From contig KZ538786.1 in NCBI GenBank assembly GCA_000934665.2, positions 1-47,484 of the forward strand: a stretch of DNA of 47,484 nt, in the 5' to 3' direction. Position numbers and translations under genes: made by a program. The notes under the pieces were generated by a model, which made no database searches, was not told where the DNA came from, and worked only from the letters and a program-made list of their open reading frames with translations. Origin of the DNA: Catajapyx aquilonaris (lineage: Eukaryota). This document shows, in pieces, positions 34,901 through 47,484 of the stretch. Each line of letters opens with the position of its first letter. Position 1 is the first letter of the stretch.

Positions 34901-37900
34901 GGCTTTAGTAACGGCCATGCGACATGGTTACACAACTACAGGCAATAAAAGGGGTTGGAATTTCGACCTTTTTAAAATGAAATTCGGTCTATCTTGTGAA
35001 ATGTGTGGCCCTTACAGTTTTGGTATTTGGCCGCGAGAGACAATCCTCTGGGGCTTGACGGTGGCGGAATGTGGCCTCGCGACATTATCACAAATCGTCG
35101 CAAGTGCCGCTTAGCTCTCATTTCGCAGACGAGTTATCATCTCGGGAGGTTATAGACTCCCCGGATTGCGCCCGAATTATCTCCTCGGCGACGCTCTGGC
35201 CCCCTGCTGTGCATGCAGAAGCGCTAACTCAGAGAGAGCAAAGTTACTGTACAATAATAGTTGGTGCGGCACATGCAGCTTCTTTGTCTGGGATGCATAA
35301 TAAGCACAAACGGGGCGAAGCGATCGAATTACTGAAACTTCAGCAAGTAATTGTTTTACTCGTTTTTAAAATCAGGAAAATCGTGTAAGCTGTGCATAAA
35401 ACGAGGAAATGAGCATCAACAAATGCGTTTATTGCCATTTTATAGCGAATTTATCACAAACGGTATCAACTTACCCATCATACATTTCCCACAAGTATTG
35501 TAAAACGTGCATTTGAAATCAGACACGACTAATTGGTCATGAGAAATTTCTCTGGCACTTTCACATCTTTTTGCGTATCAATTGCCCTTCACGGGTACGC
35601 AATTTAATCACTGGAAGTTTGGTTTTATTATGCCAACCTGCAATCATTCGCTGAGGAAATGTTGCAGCTGCAAGTTTCGGGCATATATACGTAATGTCAA
35701 TAATTGTTCAGGTATAGAACTGTGGGATCTTGCATGCTCCATTTTGATGTGAACATCTCTTAATTTAACGAACATTAACTTATTGACGGCATTACTTACA
35801 CGATTTGGATAATATCAATACGTCCCTGATCACTTGACCACTGACTTGACATTAGCTAGCCGACTTGACCCGAATCTCTAAATTTTGCGGTCAACTGGCT
35901 CAAAAAAATGATCTAGTCCGCTGCGATTCATTAGGGCATACGCAGCAAGCATAATTTAAAAACTGGAACTGCTCCCCGTGCGCCATCAGGAAAGCCGGAC
36001 CCTATTCCAGACCTGCAGACACTTAAAAGCCCATCAGTTTATACAGTACGACCCATATACTCCGGCCATATAAGCCTGCCTGCATAGGGGAATAAAAACA
36101 CTGCAGCCGGGGTAAAAATTAATGCAGCCTATATACGTCAAACAGCGCATATTTTAAAACTTGGGAAAATCATTACTGCTATGTAGGGCAAGCTTTTTCC
36201 GATGTAATAATCGACTACGATATGCCCCTGCCATTTTTCCAGTATATAGTGCCGAAAGTGTAAGGGTGCTATTCACACCTCGTGAAAAAACTGCCTGCTA
36301 AATTCTGGCCCTGTAAGTTCATGACTACCTCCGCATGCAGCAAGCGTCGCCTTGTTATAAGGAAGCTCATGTATATAGTCCTCCCAATCAGTCTCCTTAA
36401 AAGGACCCAATAAAACCAGCACCTGAACGGAATAGAACGCCCCTCTCTTATCGAAACAAAAGGAGCGAAATAGAGGACGGAGGGTCCACTTTTATAGTCC
36501 TATCCTTCCAGATTGAGCCGCCGATAGCAGACAATTCGACCTAGGCGTCCAAGAGATGAATTCCTGTCTCGTGGCCCATCTCCGCTATCCAAGAGTGTGA
36601 AAAAACGACGGACGAAAAGAAGAAAAAGAAAAAAAATGGACCGAAATCGATACTCGTCCGAATATCGGTTCCCTGGGGCTATATCCTATACACATCCTCC
36701 CCCATAATCGATGGAACAGCTCTTTCGAAATGGATCTCTCCACAAGGACAGACGCTGAACTGATATGACGGATTTCATTCCTTCGCGATGTATATGCAGA
36801 GTTTCACGGATCAGGAGACCACTTTATTAAACGCCATACCGGTACAGGCCCCGTGTCATCAGGCTAACATTGTAATTTTCGTGGTCATCGACACAATGCG
36901 ATACGGTCCTGGCAGACGGTTCCGGTGACGATCGCTGTCTTATCACGAGGTTGCAATCGCCACGAACGCAAGATTATATTCAAACCGGGGGTGAAGTCAA
37001 GGACCGAAAATTGTTCTCGTCAAGTTTTTTTCTCCTTCCTCAAAATGGTGGCAGTTTCCGGCACATATTTAAAAGGCATGAACTCATAAACGTTATTACA
37101 CATGGGCTAAACCAAGTTCATTAAATAACAAGAAAATAGCACTATTCTTCACATTTGAATGATAATTAGGTTTTCATACCTGCCGTGTGTTAGCGAAAGT
37201 TGCGCAGTCCACAACAAAAATGAATACAGCAATGACCATTAAACTTTCTACTGCATTTACTTTTTTTCCCCTCATTATTCCATCGTGCAATTGCGCCGGG
37301 ACACAAAAGATTGTTACCGGAAGCAAAGACAAAGAATGGGAATCCGCGAGTCTCTCAAAACAACAACGAGAGAGCGAAGCCGAGGCACCGCCGACGAGTC
37401 CATCAAGTTCCCCTTTCATGTTGCTCAAATGAAGTTGTCCGTATACTCCCCCCCTAGGTGATATTTTTCTTGTAATTAATTTGCAAGTGAAAGGAGGCAA
37501 GAGTGCCCTGAGAATCCCCCAGCAAAATTAAGTTACTCTACTTTGCTCTCATGCGATGGTGATGTAGTTGGCGTGAAATGAAGCAATAACCGTCGATTAC
37601 AGAAAATGCATATAGTTTCCGTAAATAAATAAATAAATGTGGTAATTGAAGAAAAAAAACGCAATGGATTTACAGCCATGCGACATATCGATTGGGGGAA
37701 ATGTCGGAAAAGTGTCTGCTGCATATGCTGAGAGATCTGGCTGGGAATACACAAGTAGAATACTCGGGTAATGCAATCACGGACGGCACGGAGCAGGTAC
37801 AACAATGCGGGCAAAGTGCATCCATGGTTCGCGTTAATACTCGCCGCCTACTGAATCCTATCCGACGAAAATGGCTCCAATGGCAGTTCAATTACGGTTC

Positions 37901-38684
37901 TGCACAGGAAAGCGAACTGAATCACATTAGCGAATTAACCATAATCAAGCCACGTCCGCACGGGGGTGGCACAGGTCGAACAAACCCAGCTCTGGCACCG
38001 CCCCTTTGCACAGCTCAGCATGCCGAATTACCGGAAGTTCCAAATTTTCACCCGCCCTCGGAGGACCTTGCCATATCCCCGAAGCGGTCATCAACCCCGA
38101 AGAGTGGGGACCGCAGCATGTATGCATATACACACACTATAGATCTCATGTGTACGAGCTATTGTGTCGAATGATGCACTGCCCAAGTGTACAATGGAGG
38201 CCGGGGGCGAAGTGATGGATTGTTCACTCCAGCAACAAAACCTGGGCCTGACTGAACCCCTTGGGGGACGAAAAAAAAAAGAGCGATCACTTCCGCAATG
38301 GTATAAGTCCTATAAGGCATGGAAGTGGTTAAATTTAAGCAGGATTAGTGCACCAACCGTCATATTTTTCCTACTGACCGCTGCACTATAGCTATTCCCT
38401 ATTTAGTTATGGACAGCTTTGTTTATACACCAGAGCCTAATCTGCACGACCGGTGGTTGCAACTTTTAAAACCGCATGCTGCAGCGCGTTGAAAGGTGTC
38501 ATTTAGCCCAAAATACTGCGCATAAGGTCCGCACTATCCTAGCTGTCAAAGGGCACCGTTTGACAACATGTTTTGAAATTGCACGGAGCTGTGGTTTGTG
38601 GGTATTACGTCCGCGCGCACCGAATCTGCCCGGCATTGATCGATATGTAAAACTGCTAATATTCACTGCAGTAAACGGAAACAG

Positions 38685-38690
<6 letters not shown>

Positions 38691-38742
<52 letters not shown>

Positions 38743-38746
38743 TCTC
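38691..38746. repeat. (CT)n microsatellite
   Basis: Directly visible; it accounts for the SLSL/ERER ORFs. Confidence 0.98.
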
Positions 38747-41700
38747 TTTTTTAAAGCTATTTTGTCTCCCTCTCTGAGTCCCCAAAAAAGTGCTCCAAAA
38801 GAAACCCTTTTCAAATGAATCAGACGAAGCGAGAGGCTCGGCAAGCACCTCGTGATTTGGATTCGGAATGAAAGTGTCGAGGGCTTTACATTCGAGGGGT
38901 CCCCTTTTGTGAAACCGAATCTTTTCAACTTGAAGGACTGTGAAAAAATAAAATAAAAAAAATCGGTAGGTGCGAAAAGATGGATCGTTTCAAATATTTC
39001 TGGACCGGCACCAAATGTATGGCACCCCTCTAGCAAAAATTTTATCGCACGCTCGTATTTCACGGCAGCCTGGACAATAATTGCATTGTTCCCTCTCCAC
39101 GTCGTTCCCTGACAGAATTAAACTGTGCCAAATTATTTTTTCGGCCCCAAATTTTTTTGGGGGGTCCGTTATGGTTCCCGGTTTCCATTTGGGGGAGAGG
39201 CTGGCAATTCGTTCCTCGCTGCAACACCACAGCGTCAATCTAGCTGTGACAAGATTCGATTGCGATTATGGAGCATACACCCGAGCCGTGGAATAATGCG
39301 CTATTGTTCGCAGCCGCCTGAAAAGTACAGGGTGATCCAGTGAGCTCCGGTTGGATAAAAAAGAAGAAGAGTTTCCATCACGAGCAAATGGGATCTAAAC
39401 GTGATTGCTGGCGTTAAATTAATTCCGCAGTCGTGAACTTGAAACGCGTCGCTATTTCCTGCCGAGAGAACTGCTCTTTTGAAACGGGCGCATTGTGGAA
39501 TAGGTTCCATCCGGAGCGGTTCTGGCGGAAGAGTGACGGTGATGGTTCCTACTTCTTTTTTTAAAACTATTTTAGTGGGCCGGGACCTCCCAGCAAAGTC
39601 CTCCTCCTGTTGTCCCATTCCCTTGTGACAAATTCCCGGAGTTCCCCTTGCAGTCGTAGGATCCGGTTAACGGTCATCCGTGCCGTGTGACCGACGATGC
39701 CTTTCGGTTAAAACTTTTCGACTGGGAGTCACGTGCTCTTGGGAAAGGTCGCCGACTCGTTCGGAGAAAGTTGCTTTATCCACGCGATATCTGTATTAAT
39801 CCGCTTTTTTTGCTATCAGGCAGTGCAAAAGATGCCTCGGGGATTCACGGATAATTTTTGCACCGGAAGCACAACCGATCTCACCGTGGAGAGCAATATT
39901 TTTCCTATAGTGTAAGTGGTTCCCATTAACTTCATTATTTATCTTTAGAAAAGGAGGATCTTGGAGTTGGTATGCACTCCTGAGGCTCTCCATAATACAC
40001 AGCGCTAATCAAGTCACTTGTTCAATGAAGTTCCCCCGCTACTCCTATTCCAAAGGAGTCATTATTTTTTTAAACGACTTAAAATACGCCCAGCCCAAGC
40101 CAACAGGCACTATCATGTGGCAGCCAGCAGGTACTTAGCACCTCGCAACCTTCCCCCGCAATTCCGGGCAACTTGAAGAATTAAGGCAGATATGAGCCCA
40201 AGTGGACCACTACACGGATCATTGGCAGGGGCATCAACGCGAGTTACTGGCCGCTCCAAACTGCATCCGACCACTGGCCCTCCCGGAAAACGTCTCCATC
40301 CGGGAGTGTCGCCCAGTCCTTATCCGAGCCTTATTTATCGCTCCAATCCTCCGGGTATATAGGACTCCCGGATATGCAAGCAGCCACCTACCACCGATAT
40401 TGCCCTTTCTAAATCAATGCCCCTTTACTGTTATGGTTACGGAGGCAGCTGCCAGGAATGCTCAGGCACTCTGGCTTTTCATCCTGGCATGCAGACAACA
40501 CTTGGCACACGGCTGCTCGCTACGTTGCCAGCACTCCAGGATAAAAAGCGCGGGCCAAATAAAGTTGTCAAAATATAGGCAAATAGTGAGGCATTGTTGT
40601 AACAACTGTCGCACCCGTTGTGTTAAGACGCATTAGGACAGATGGGGGGCTGTTTGGGAATCCCTTGGGTAAACCCCGGGGCTTGTCTGTGGAAATGCCA
40701 GCAGTGCAGTGTGGACCTAATTAGGTTTGCTGATTCAAGGACCAACGGCGTTGTCACCGAAAGCACCGGGAGAGCACACTGCACGGCGGTGCATTCCGCT
40801 GGGAAGCTTCGCATAATAAAGCCCTGAATGAAACGTACCGGGGGGATAATGCAGGTGCTAGGACACATTTTTGACGCTTTTGTTCCATATCGCTTCCCCT
40901 ATCCCTGCATTTTTTCCCACGTTTTATTTTTGCAAAGGCATGCTGGTGGAATTTTATTTGAATCGGGGTAAATTATTACTAATGATGTTAATAACGTGTG
41001 CTCAATGCACCTTGACTGAAGCAATGAATTTTCATTTTCCATGTCCCGTCAAATTGTGGAAAAAAGCGAATATGCTAAACTAACAGCTGTTGCTGTATGC
41101 CTATGATCAAAGGCATTAAAATATGCAGTATTGTAGTGTGACTGCAGTTGGTTACCTGTGACATGAGATTTGTTTTACAAATTTAAAAATAGCTCTAGAA
41201 AAGCAGAAAATTTATTTGAAGCGTATGTGAAATGTATACACCATGACAGGCACAAAAATGCGAATAAATTATTTAAAACATGAACGACGGTGACAAGTCA
41301 TACTATTCTGTACTCCACCAGTATGATGTCACTTCTAGAAGTTTATTATTAATGAATGTATATGGCTGGCTATATTTACATCTCTTTTTGACATGCAGTC
41401 GCACCCCAAGCAAATAAAACTGCACACAGAGAAAATGCATTATTGCAATGGAAAAACTGTGGCTGCGCAATTTGCAAATGGATCCTGCCGGGTTTTTGGC
41501 AGATACTTTCCTTCCGTGTTTCTTCCCGAGGTTTTCCCAGTTTACCTCAGGAAAAGAGCGAGCTACATCAGTTTCCCATAATCGTAAAGGCCCATCTCCT
41601 CGAGACAGTGGAGACGGCCGCACTTTCCTCTCGACGTAAAGAGTGGAAAACGGAACCGACATCAACCATGAACCTCCTAGCGAGCGCCTTTTCCTGTACA

Positions 41701-42846
41701 ACCCAAGACAAATAGCATTCCTCCAGAATCAACCGAGATATACATTCCTTACCCGCTGAGCAAAAGCATGAAAGAAGTCGGCTAAAATAACGGGGTCCTG
41801 CAACCATGAAAAATCCTTTCAGGTTATACAAGCCATTCATTCGCATCTCTCTTGGCTTCGATACACCTGGATACTTTTAATTACAGGCATACAATTCTGG
41901 CCACCTAATCTAGTAATCCCGAAGCAATATAACTATGTCAGAAAAACAGAGTACATGTAAATAGAGAATCCAATTTCACTGGGTGCCTGCGCACACTGCT
42001 GTTTTTTCTGATACTTACAGTACTCGTTAGTAAGGCAGCGCATGGAATGAAATTGAACGCATTGCTAGCAGCCCATAAAATAAAAGAAATTTGTCCTCAA
42101 TTCGTGCATCAGGGTACATGTGGCCCACACTCTCAGATGCTTTTTTATTGTTTGTTTATCAGTAATCTGTTTCGATAAAATTTTGTAGATACCATGGAAG
42201 CTCTAGCTAGAAGTTGGATTGTTAAGAGACAAAGCGAGACAAATGAGGTGGTGAAGGTGTATTCATATCCGCTCAACCCTTCGTGACTGCTGCCGACTGA
42301 CTACAAAATCTGTGCAATTTCGCTCTAAAAATAATTAAAGGCTGGGTCCAGCGCACAATACCAGTCCAGGATGTTCGTGATCCCTCTCTACACCCCTGAC
42401 AACAAAAATCACATCTATCTCCATCAAACCTCCCCGGAGAGAAGGACGGTCCATGACTCTGCTAGGAAAACACCAGTGTAGAGAGCTTCGTTAGACCGCG
42501 ACCCCACCCTGTACTCCGATTTGATATATCGCAGTAACCCATCATTAAGGGCGTCTCCCTGTTTAAGTGTCGCTTCACACTGACCCAATTCCAGGGAAAT
42601 GACGGAAAAAAAAGTCAAGGTCCCCGGGCGTCATCAGACGCACGCGAAACGCTTCCCTGCTCCCAAAATAATGCCAAGCCATAGCGTGAACACCCTCACT
42701 GGTCCTAAAAATAAATATTAAGCAACATGTTAAGACACTGTAGATTCGGTACCATGCCTTATACTTGTCAGTGGGCCATTAACACCTCTGAAGCACTGTA
42801 TAGGGCACAGCACGATTATAGCTTCACGAGTTCTCTTAGTATTCAC

Positions 42847-42877
42847 GTGGGTTTTCTCGGGATTCTCCGTTTCTCCC
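42847..42877 (+). repeat. Degenerate SINE core-domain-like fragment
   Basis: GTGGGTTTTCTCGGGATTCTCCGTTTCTCCC resembles the GGGTTT(T/C)CTCCGGGTnCTCCGGTTTCCTCCC motif of V-SINE-type central domains. No head or tail is recognisable. Confidence 0.35.
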
Positions 42878-45800
42878 ATTTTCAAATTCCAAACTGACCA
42901 GATTATTACATGAGAATCAGCTTATCTGCCTGAAAACGCAGATAAATGGGACAGGATGAAATAATTAGTTAAAAGACACAGGTGCACATGATTTGGGTGA
43001 CTCCAGGCCACGGTGGCCATATAAATAACGCCGAGATTGTTGCATTCGTACGCCCGCAGTTCTCCCAAAGGACTCACTCAACTTCGGGCGACGTTATTAC
43101 CCTGGATGATCAGGAGGAAGTGCACACATGATTACAGCCCCCACCACCTATACATCCTGGTGGAGCAAGCCTAACCTAATAATCTCTCCAGTGCGAAGCA
43201 ACTTCACATGCAGTTCATTATCTCCAGCAGCCTGCCATATTAGCAAGTCTAGCTATAGGCATTTTCCCTGCAACCTGCAGGTGCACCTGCGACGTCGACC
43301 CTGCAGGATCTATGCTCTATTTATGACGCCCCAAGGTAAGGCTGCTGCCTCGCTTTTATTATGATACCCCGGACACGACGCCCGTGCTGTTATGCTCGCA
43401 TGCAAGTTTCATGTTGTTTTTTTTCCAGAGCTGGGCAGCGGTCATTTCCAGAGGGGAGGTTCATGTATAAACAAATGCTTAATTGCATCGAGGTGTTTCG
43501 TATACGCACGGTTCATGACGCGTTAACTTGGCCTGACATGACAGAATCGCGTTAGTGCAGGCGATAATGTGGCAACTTCGTACCGTTTGAGGAAGCATAC
43601 ATGTGACCGTAAAAATTACGGTGACGACAGGAGCGAGAAAATTACCCGGGCATTACGGCCCCCGGCAATTAATTTTGCGAAACAATAGCTCCCTCCCCCA
43701 CCCAGCCCAGCAGCGCCCCCGTGCAAAAATCACACCGGCACCCTGCCGAGATTTCACCGGTCGCGATTTCAAAATTTCCGGAATTGACAGGCAAGGATTA
43801 ATTGCATGCAATTATACGGTCATATTTCCCCCATGCCGTGATTAACCCCTCTGTCAATTCGTTGCGATCTGGCCGAAATAATTTTGCCAACATTGTTAAA
43901 TCCAGTGTACCCTCATTTGGGAGAAGAAAATAACCCCGTATCACATGTCCGGTCGATTGAAAACTCAGCAAAACAAATGGGGTGAGTGCCAGACACTGGG
44001 CAGACAGGTGAAGTTTCAATAGGCCCTGGACTATATTTTTATAGTCTGACTTTTTGATGGGCGTGGTCGTTGGCTGCTGGACCACGCCCTCTCTCCATCT
44101 CTTCTCTATCCGGAAGGCGGAGATTCTCAGCTTCGGTCGAAGACCTGTGCTTGCTCCCTAGTATTGATCCGGAAAAGTTTTCCGGGAAACCCCCCCTCCC
44201 CATTTCTGTACACCAAAGCCACTCGGAAATTAAACTGCCAGGCCATATGGTTGCCTCCGAAATGACAACTGGCCATCAACCCATATTCATGCCATGTCAA
44301 CACTTCATTCCATGAATGTAAAAGTGGTCACAGGTTGGTCAGGGCCGACAGGAATACACGTCGGGACCATAGATCTCTTCCAGCTTTGCCACAAATTTCG
44401 TGCATGGGGAAGGATAGAGACTTGTTTTATTCCGGAATGGATCTCGTGAGATTAGCCTCCGAATGGCAATTCCTTTTCCGCCGAAGGGAGCCCCATAGGA
44501 ATTGATAGGCGGGTATCTGGCCCACCTGCGAGTCAGGAGGCCTGTCCATGACACTCTGATCTCGATTCCTTCAATTTCAAACTGGCCGCAGCCCCTTTTG
44601 CATTATTGAGGACTGAGAGAAGGCAAGGAGTCTTCAAAGAGGAAAAAAAAAAGGGTTCCAGGCCCAAAAGAACAGCCATGGGGGTCTGACAGATTCAATT
44701 TTTTTCATCCTGAAAATTACACGTGGTGTATAGGTTTAGGGGATCGATATCGCAGCGTCCTGAAAATGTGGTTACATCATGATATACCACTGGGGGGATG
44801 GGCTCACAAAAAAGGGGTATAGCTGCTTACAATAATTTTTGCAGAATTCTAGGCTCGGAATTGCACAAATAAATATTTTGTATATTCAGCCCAGAGGATC
44901 TGACACGATACAAATTTTAATTACATATTCTTACACGTATACTGCACTAATCATGTAGCTGACCGTAATATTTTGTTGCATCAGGAGAACTTACACTCTG
45001 AAAGGGAGTCGGAAGGGTTGGATGAAACACGTAATACTTTACGAGGGCCTTGCCGTGAAAGTTCCGTGCAAAGACGTGAATGGAGGGATTTAACCTAAGC
45101 CTAGGAGCTGTACCAAATGTACATAATGTCGACAAAAGAGTACTTTGGAGATTTTGTGAGATAAAATAAGAAACAGAGAGTCAGTCCGTCAAATATATCG
45201 TGTCCATGACAATTTTATCGAGTAAAGAAACTATACCCATGTTCCACGTTGCCCCAACATGCCAAATTAAATGCATCCACCTATCGCATATACGCTCGTA
45301 CAGTACGCTGCACACGCAATGCACCCGTGACACGTTACCACCCTAGAGAAATGAACATGCAAATGCACCCAAACATTCATAGTCGCCAACTGGGGAGCAC
45401 CACAACGCGCTGAACCAGACACAACACAAAGGGTCGAATTTCAAGGTCAAAGGAATTGCAACATTCAAGCACCAATCGATTTCCCTTCCGGTTCAAGTTT
45501 CCGGCTGTCCCACCCTGAAGAGCCTCCCCGGTCCCTTGCAAATAAAGCCGACAGCATTTACTCCCTGGATCTCTTGGATATTTAGAGAACTGCAAATCTG
45601 GCGGAGGCAAACAATCCTCGGCCTCGTTTCCGCTGCCTCCGAATGTCCCATAGACCCATTATTCGCCAAATTTCGCGTCTCGGGTCGTTCCTGTCATTTC
45701 GTCTGCCATTCCCGCTGCCAGACAGGCTGCTTTCATCCTGGCCGACCATTACGAATAGCCAGCTGCATATATTTCAGGCCCACCCCCCTACACCATGCTC

Positions 45801-47484
45801 TACTATCGATTGGAAAAGAATTTACACTTGCACCTCGAACCACCAGAGGCGCCAGCTCCCTCGCCCTGGAATTTAATCCTATATCTCAACTGCAATAGTT
45901 TCGGTGGTGTTGCCCCCCTCATAATTAAACCCTCCAGGTCATAAACCACGCAGTTTGTCGAGCACAATGCGCGCCTCCGGGCTATACGATTTTGACGTTT
46001 TTTGTAATTTGCTCCAATGTCTACATACTGTAATTCTAGAGGCTAGAGGCGCGTAGAGTCGCAGCAGTTACAGGCCATGGTGCTATAACTATCACCGATC
46101 GATTATCGGGCATAACCAACCGTTTATAACACGGTTTATGTAACGTTATCAACACTACGCGGTAGTATACCCTGTGTGTCTGCCCTGTGCAAATGAACTA
46201 CATGCAAATACCCCTGTCCACGTCCGCTAATTCCGTTAAATTATGAATTTGCATCACACCTCTGACACGCACTCATCCGGAATTTAGTTTATCACGAGTG
46301 AAAAATGCGCCATGTTATTTCTACAGGTCGGGATTCAGAGACGTGGTCTAACACGTGCGGTTTAAAATGGTCTGATGTCACGTAAACAAATACTTAGCAG
46401 TCAGCCGCCTATACAGGCTGCTCGTAAGCACTAGTGTAAAAAATAATTAACTGATATGGACATTTAAATTTGAACCATGTATCAAGTGAATAGAGAATGA
46501 CAAATGTATGTGTAACTCGAGACAATTCGAAACCTCTCCGAAACTCCTCCCTTAGTACTGTACCACTCTAGATATACTGTACGTCTATTGGAGAACAATT
46601 GCACAGCAGATGGCAATACGATCTAGAGAGCGAATCCGAAGGACGTCTTGACAGCAGCCAAGATTTAGTAACAGAGCCCAAATTGAAAGGAGGGGGGCGT
46701 GGATGAGGAGCTCAAAGTGGGTGGGTGGGAGTGGGTTGTCGTTATCTAGAATTCTAGATCATTGTCCCCGATGGAGGAGGAAGAGGAGGAGGGGAGAAAT
46801 CCTAGAGGGGGGTCTGTCAGATACCTCCTGTTCTTCGTAATTGAGATACGTCTCTCTCTTCTCTCTCCACCACCACCCTCTTCCAACCCTGAAAGAAAAA
46901 GCCAATGGCTTCCAAAGACGTGTCGGTTCCCAAACTATCGGAGATTCGGAAGCGTGTCTTTTGGCCCTTTCTCACGCCTGCCACCGAAACACGAGAAGTC
47001 TTCCACGAAAGCTGAGTTATTAGAGGTCATCCATTGAGAGCTAGTGCATACAGGGAGGAAGGGTTTGGTTGGGGTCGACGTGATGAACATTGGCGAGAGG
47101 TTGGGTCAAAAGAGGTGTAAAAATCCCAGCCTCGGGCGTATTCCGCTCATTTTTTGTACCAAAGTACCGACAATAACTGACCTACAATACTACTTTCCCA
47201 AGTGAAAACATCTGCAAGTAATATTGTTGAAAGAAAAAAGTGGTTTACGATCGCCAATTACTATTCCCGTTTTTCCCCCACCGAAAGTCATTTGTGATCT
47301 CTACAATGTGGCTGCCTCGTAATGCAGGAGACGTACGAAAACAGCCAAATATCAACTGAGTCACTCATTTTTACTTATCTACAGCTATATAGCACGGACG
47401 GTAAAACAAGAGCACATTATTTTCTTTATCTTGTGTTTAGAGAAGGTAAATGACTTGCCTAAGTGTTGTTGGCTATTGATGTGG

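Noticed and set aside
1..47484. CRISPR arrays, operons or other prokaryotic or viral systems
   Set aside because: The sequence is spliced eukaryotic DNA, with no regularly spaced direct repeats and no long intronless ORFs.

Overview
This is eukaryotic genomic DNA, most likely from an arthropod, judged from protein similarity as I recall it. It holds one recognisable gene on the minus strand: an Evi5 (ecotropic viral integration site 5) ortholog, a TBC-domain Rab GTPase-activating protein with a long C-terminal coiled coil. I traced 11 phase-consistent GT-AG coding exons from 19665 down to the TGA at 4090. They give about 862 aa from the ATG at 19547, or more if an upstream exon is coding. Both TBC catalytic fingers (IRRDIART, YCQG) are intact. 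Ten exons are packed into 4090-9363, followed by a ~9.9 kb intron. Everything above 19666 appears to be a >27 kb intron or upstream region with no other credible ORF. The most interesting signals are: (1) a frameshifting alternative penultimate exon that swaps the C-terminus, (2) a candidate internal first exon that would remove the low-complexity N-terminus, (3) a long 3' UTR with clustered Pumilio and miR-92/K-box/miR-8 sites, (4) a clear pogo/Tigger-type MITE, a tRNA-headed SINE-like element and a possible decayed Penelope-like remnant, and (5) an apparent excess of POU octamer motifs. I did not find a convincing wholly new biological system. The candidates for novelty are isoform and regulatory features and uncharacterised repeat families.
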